From: Nannocystaceae bacterium
GTDB lineage: Bacteria > Myxococcota_A > Polyangia > Nannocystales > Nannocystaceae
Assembly (NCBI GenBank): GCA_035904925.1
Contig: JAMHUH010000932.1
Span: 1 to 7,221 of the forward strand
Reading direction: 5' to 3'
DNA: 7,221 bases
A program made the position numbers and the translations under genes. This document shows positions 5,794-7,221 of this stretch, piece after piece; the first letter of the stretch is position 1; each line of letters starts with the position of its first letter. The notes below the pieces were generated by a model, which had not been told where the DNA came from, searched no databases, and saw only the letters and a program-made list of their open reading frames with translations.

Positions 5794-5811
5794 CCGCCCA
5801 AGTGTGGGCGG
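5794..5811 (+). other. Stem-loop CCGCCCA-AGTG-TGGGCGG (7-bp perfect stem)
   Basis: The inverted repeat is read directly from the sequence. It lies in non-coding DNA upstream of the intron, 5 nt after a TGA at 5787-5789. See the finding on the gene remnant. Confidence 0.4.
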
Positions 5812-5827
5812 GCAAGGAGGAGGGGGT

Positions 5828-5852
5828 CCCGCTTGGACTCCGTCCAAGCGGG
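5828..5852 (+). other. Strong stem-loop CCCGCTTGGAC-TCC-GTCCAAGCGGG (11-bp perfect stem), 6 nt upstream of the putative intron 5' end; terminator-like but without a U-tract
   Basis: The perfect 11-bp inverted repeat is read directly from the sequence. It is followed by GGAGGA and then GTGCG (5859). It may be an old intrinsic terminator and/or the DNA motif recognised during intron homing. Confidence 0.45.
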
Positions 5853-5858
5853 GGAGGA

Positions 5859-6264
5859 GTGCGCCTGGCATGGGCACTGACTACGAGGTGAAAATCCTCG
5901 CCCAAGGAACCACGAACGAGGGAAGGGAAGCGCAAGGGCCCGAGGGTGACCGAGGGTCTGGAGGAAGCGCGGAACGAACCAGCGGGCCGACGAACAGGAA
6001 CCGGATACGAGGCGGGACATCCCGGGGCGAGCGTGCTCCGCAACGTGAAGCTCCTTCGTGGTCGAAGGGATGTCGCGTGCATCCGGCGGCGATGCTGGGA
6101 AGGTCAGTGTTCTTACCCGGGGAGATCTCGCTTCGGACCTGAAAGGGTCACGTGGTCACGCACACGGAGTGAGAAGTCAGCAGCGGTCGTAGTAGGCGAG
6201 AGCCGAAGGACCAAACGACGACGAGGGCATCACGCCCGGACGACACGAAGGGACCAGGGTTCAG
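5859..6264 (+). ncRNA. Group II intron ribozyme 5' segment (domains I-III and the 5' side of domain IV)
   Basis: Same as above. The region is less GC-rich and strongly G+A-rich on the plus strand. The ORFs listed here in the track are Arg/Gly-rich and overlap in several frames, which is typical of non-coding structured RNA in a GC-rich genome. Confidence 0.7.
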
Positions 6265-7221
6265 ATGACCAGGCAGATGGAGCTCCCGTTCGAGACGAGC
6301 GGTGGACACCGCGAGGGAGAGCGGAGCGAGCAAGTCCCGACGCAGGAAGCCGGACACGGCGGCCCAGGCACGAGCACGCTGATGGAGGAGGTGGTGAGCA
6401 CCGCCAACATCGAGCGAGCAGCAGCGCGAGTGAAGAAGAACGAGGGAGGCCCCGGCATCGACGGGATGAAGGTCGAAGCGCTCGAGGGATGGCTGCGAGA
6501 GCAGTGGCCCAGGGTTCGCGAGGAGTTGCTCGCGGGCACGTACGAGCCTGCCGCCGTGCGGAGGGTGATGATCCCGAAGCGAGGGGGTGGCGAGCGAATG
6601 CTCGGCATTCCAACGGTGAGCGACCGACTCATCCAGCAGGCGATCCTGCAGGTCCTCCAACCTCGGATCGATCCGACCTTCAGTGAACACAGCTACGGGT
6701 TTCGGCCCGGGCGTTCGGCACACCAGGCAGTCGAGCAGATGCGCGACTACGTGGTGGAGGGACGCGAATGGGTGGTGGACATCGACTTGGAGAAGTTCTT
6801 CGATCGAGTCAACCACGACCTGCTGATGGGGAAGATGGCGAAGAGGGTGGGTGACGCGAGGGTGCTGAGGACGATCCGCCGATACCTGACCGCCGGCGTG
6901 ATGGCGGACGGAGTCAAGGTGGCGATGGAGAGCGGAACGCCCCAAGGGGGTCCGCTCTCGCCCTTGCTTGCGAACGTGTATCTCGACGAGGTGGACAAGG
7001 AGCTGGAGGCGCGAGGACACGCATTCGTCCGCTATGCGGACGACCTGCGCGTGCTCGTGCGCTCGGAGAAGGCAGGACAACGAGTGATGCGTTGGCTGAT
7101 CCTGCGCTTCGAGAAGATGCGACTCCGAGTCAACCGAGAGAAGAGCATGGTGGCCAAGGTCTGGCAGCGTCCCTTCCTCGGCTTCCGGCTGTGCGGGAGC
7201 AAGGAGGGGAGGCCGAAGATC
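6265..7221 (+). CDS. Group II intron-encoded reverse transcriptase/maturase (IEP), N-terminal 319 codons covering RT motifs 0-7; truncated by the window edge
   Basis: Not in the ORF track because there is no in-window stop. From the ATG at 6265: MTRQMELPFETSGGHREGERSEQVPTQEAGHGGPGTSTLMEEVVSTANIERAAARVKKNEGGPGIDGMKVEALEGWLREQWPRVREELLAGTYEPAAVRRVMIPKRGGGERMLGIPTVSDRLIQQAILQVLQPRIDPTFSEHSYGFRPGRSAHQAV...WVVDIDLEKFFDRVNHDLLM...GTPQGGPLSPLLANVYLDEVDKELEARGHAFVRYADDLRVLVRSEKAGQRV...VNREKS. These are canonical group II RT blocks: NKGxPGIDG, RRVxIPKxGGGxRxLGIPTVxDRxIQQA, SYGFRPGRSxHxA, DIDLxKFFDxVNH, GTPQGGPLSPLLAN, and YADD at 7033-7044. Confidence 0.95.
   Translation, partial: MTRQMELPFETSGGHREGERSEQVPTQEAGHGGPGTSTLMEEVVSTANIERAAARVKKNEGGPGIDGMKVEALEGWLREQWPRVREELLAGTYEPAAVRRVMIPKRGGGERMLGIPTVSDRLIQQAILQVLQPRIDPTFSEHSYGFRPGRSAHQAVEQMRDYVVEGREWVVDIDLEKFFDRVNHDLLMGKMAKRVGDARVLRTIRRYLTAGVMADGVKVAMESGTPQGGPLSPLLANVYLDEVDKELEARGHAFVRYADDLRVLVRSEKAGQRVMRWLILRFEKMRLRVNREKSMVAKVWQRPFLGFRLCGSKEGRPKI

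Larger units (their letters stand above)
5859..7221 (+). mobile_element. Group II intron retroelement, 5' portion: ribozyme domains I-III plus the start of domain IV with the IEP ORF. The 3' end lies beyond the right edge.
   Basis: GTGCGCC at 5859 matches the group II 5' consensus GUGYG and resembles the Ll.LtrB start GUGCGCC. A 406-nt purine-rich, ORF-poor segment follows, with short hairpins and stable tetraloops: CGAGG-UGAAAAU-CCUCG near 5882-5898, GACCU-GAAA-GGGUC at 6136-6149, and CUUCGG at 6131-6136. An unmistakable group II intron reverse transcriptase ORF starts at 6265. The 5' boundary is assigned from the motif only, with boundary confidence about 0.5. Confidence 0.85.

Noticed and set aside
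5802-5806. GTGTG as an alternative group II intron 5' end
   Set aside because: It matches GUGYG but sits inside the loop and 3' arm of the 5794-5811 hairpin. It would also place both perfect hairpins inside domain I. GTGCGCC at 5859 is a closer match to known intron starts. I keep it only as a fallback hypothesis.
5806-5827. G-rich tract GGGCGGGCAAGGAGGAGGGGG between the hairpins, as a G-quadruplex or a Shine-Dalgarno (AAGGAGG) for a hidden ORF
   Set aside because: No start codon lies at a suitable distance downstream of the AAGGAGG. The G-runs are irregular (3,3,2,2,5), so at best a weak two-tetrad quadruplex could form. The evidence is insufficient to call.
5549-6082. Upstream extension of the crotonase ORF to 453 aa, including the alternative ATG at 5686-5684
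   Set aside because: The extension is Arg/Pro/Ser-rich and low in complexity, runs into the group II intron 5' segment and has no crotonase similarity. Crotonases are typically ~260-280 aa, and the fold begins about 15 residues after the ATG at 5548. The 5686 start cannot be strictly excluded but adds 46 residues with no recognisable feature.
5786-6686. Plus-strand ORFs 5786..6142 and 5946..6686 (Arg/Gly/Glu-rich)
   Set aside because: They fall in the purine-rich intron ribozyme segment or out of frame with the RT. Their composition reflects GA-rich RNA rather than protein. The 246-aa ORF overlaps the RT ORF in a different frame.
6148-7080. 310-aa minus-strand ORF, plus the nested 6230..6613 and 6261..6632 minus-strand ORFs
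   Set aside because: They are antisense to the unmistakable group II intron RT frame and contain no recognisable motifs.
6265-7221. RT as a retron, DGR or defence-associated (Abi/DRT-type) reverse transcriptase rather than an intron IEP
   Set aside because: The protein has the group II-specific N-terminal RT0 block (KKNEGGPGIDG), the IPKxGGGxRxLGIPTVxDRxIQQA block and the typical GTPQGGPLSPLLAN/YADD context. It is also preceded by a GUGCG-initiated structured, purine-rich leader. The remaining caveat is that domains V and VI lie outside the window.
1-7221. CRISPR arrays, tRNA/rRNA genes, IS elements with terminal inverted repeats, and long direct repeats
   Set aside because: Scanning both strands by eye showed no regularly spaced repeats, no cloverleaf-like or rRNA-like conserved stretches and no transposase-like ORF. 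The only short tandem repeat noted, GGTCACGT/GGTCACGC at 6146-6161, lies inside the intron RNA and is probably part of its secondary structure.

Overview
GC-rich bacterial chromosomal window. The Tat and lipoprotein signals, the Cys-rich secreted protein and the strong G/C third-codon bias suggest a Myxococcota-like host, but that is inference only. I support seven protein-coding genes plus the 5' part of a group II intron. Left to right: (1) minus strand, the N-terminus of a Tat-signal metallo-beta-lactamase-fold hydrolase that runs off the left edge; it is absent from the ORF track because it has no in-window stop. (2) Plus strand, an 85-aa two-TM protein with Cys pairs at both termini. (3) Plus strand, a 289-aa very Cys-rich lipoprotein. 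(4) Minus strand, an 821-aa full-length homologue of the eukaryotic major vault protein (MVP), which is the most interesting item here. (5) Plus strand, a Bcp/PrxQ peroxiredoxin divergent from MVP. (6) Minus strand, a crotonase-family enoyl-CoA hydratase. (7) About 310 bp of non-coding DNA carrying two tandem hairpins and a possible decayed gene remnant. (8) A group II intron starting at GTGCG (5859), whose reverse transcriptase/maturase ORF (6265 onward) runs off the right edge and is also missing from the ORF track. Many long ORFs in the track are antisense or out-of-frame artefacts of high GC, or spurious N-terminal extensions, and are rejected below. I saw no rRNA, tRNA or CRISPR array. 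All homology statements rest on my own recognition of motifs and recalled sequences, not on database searches.
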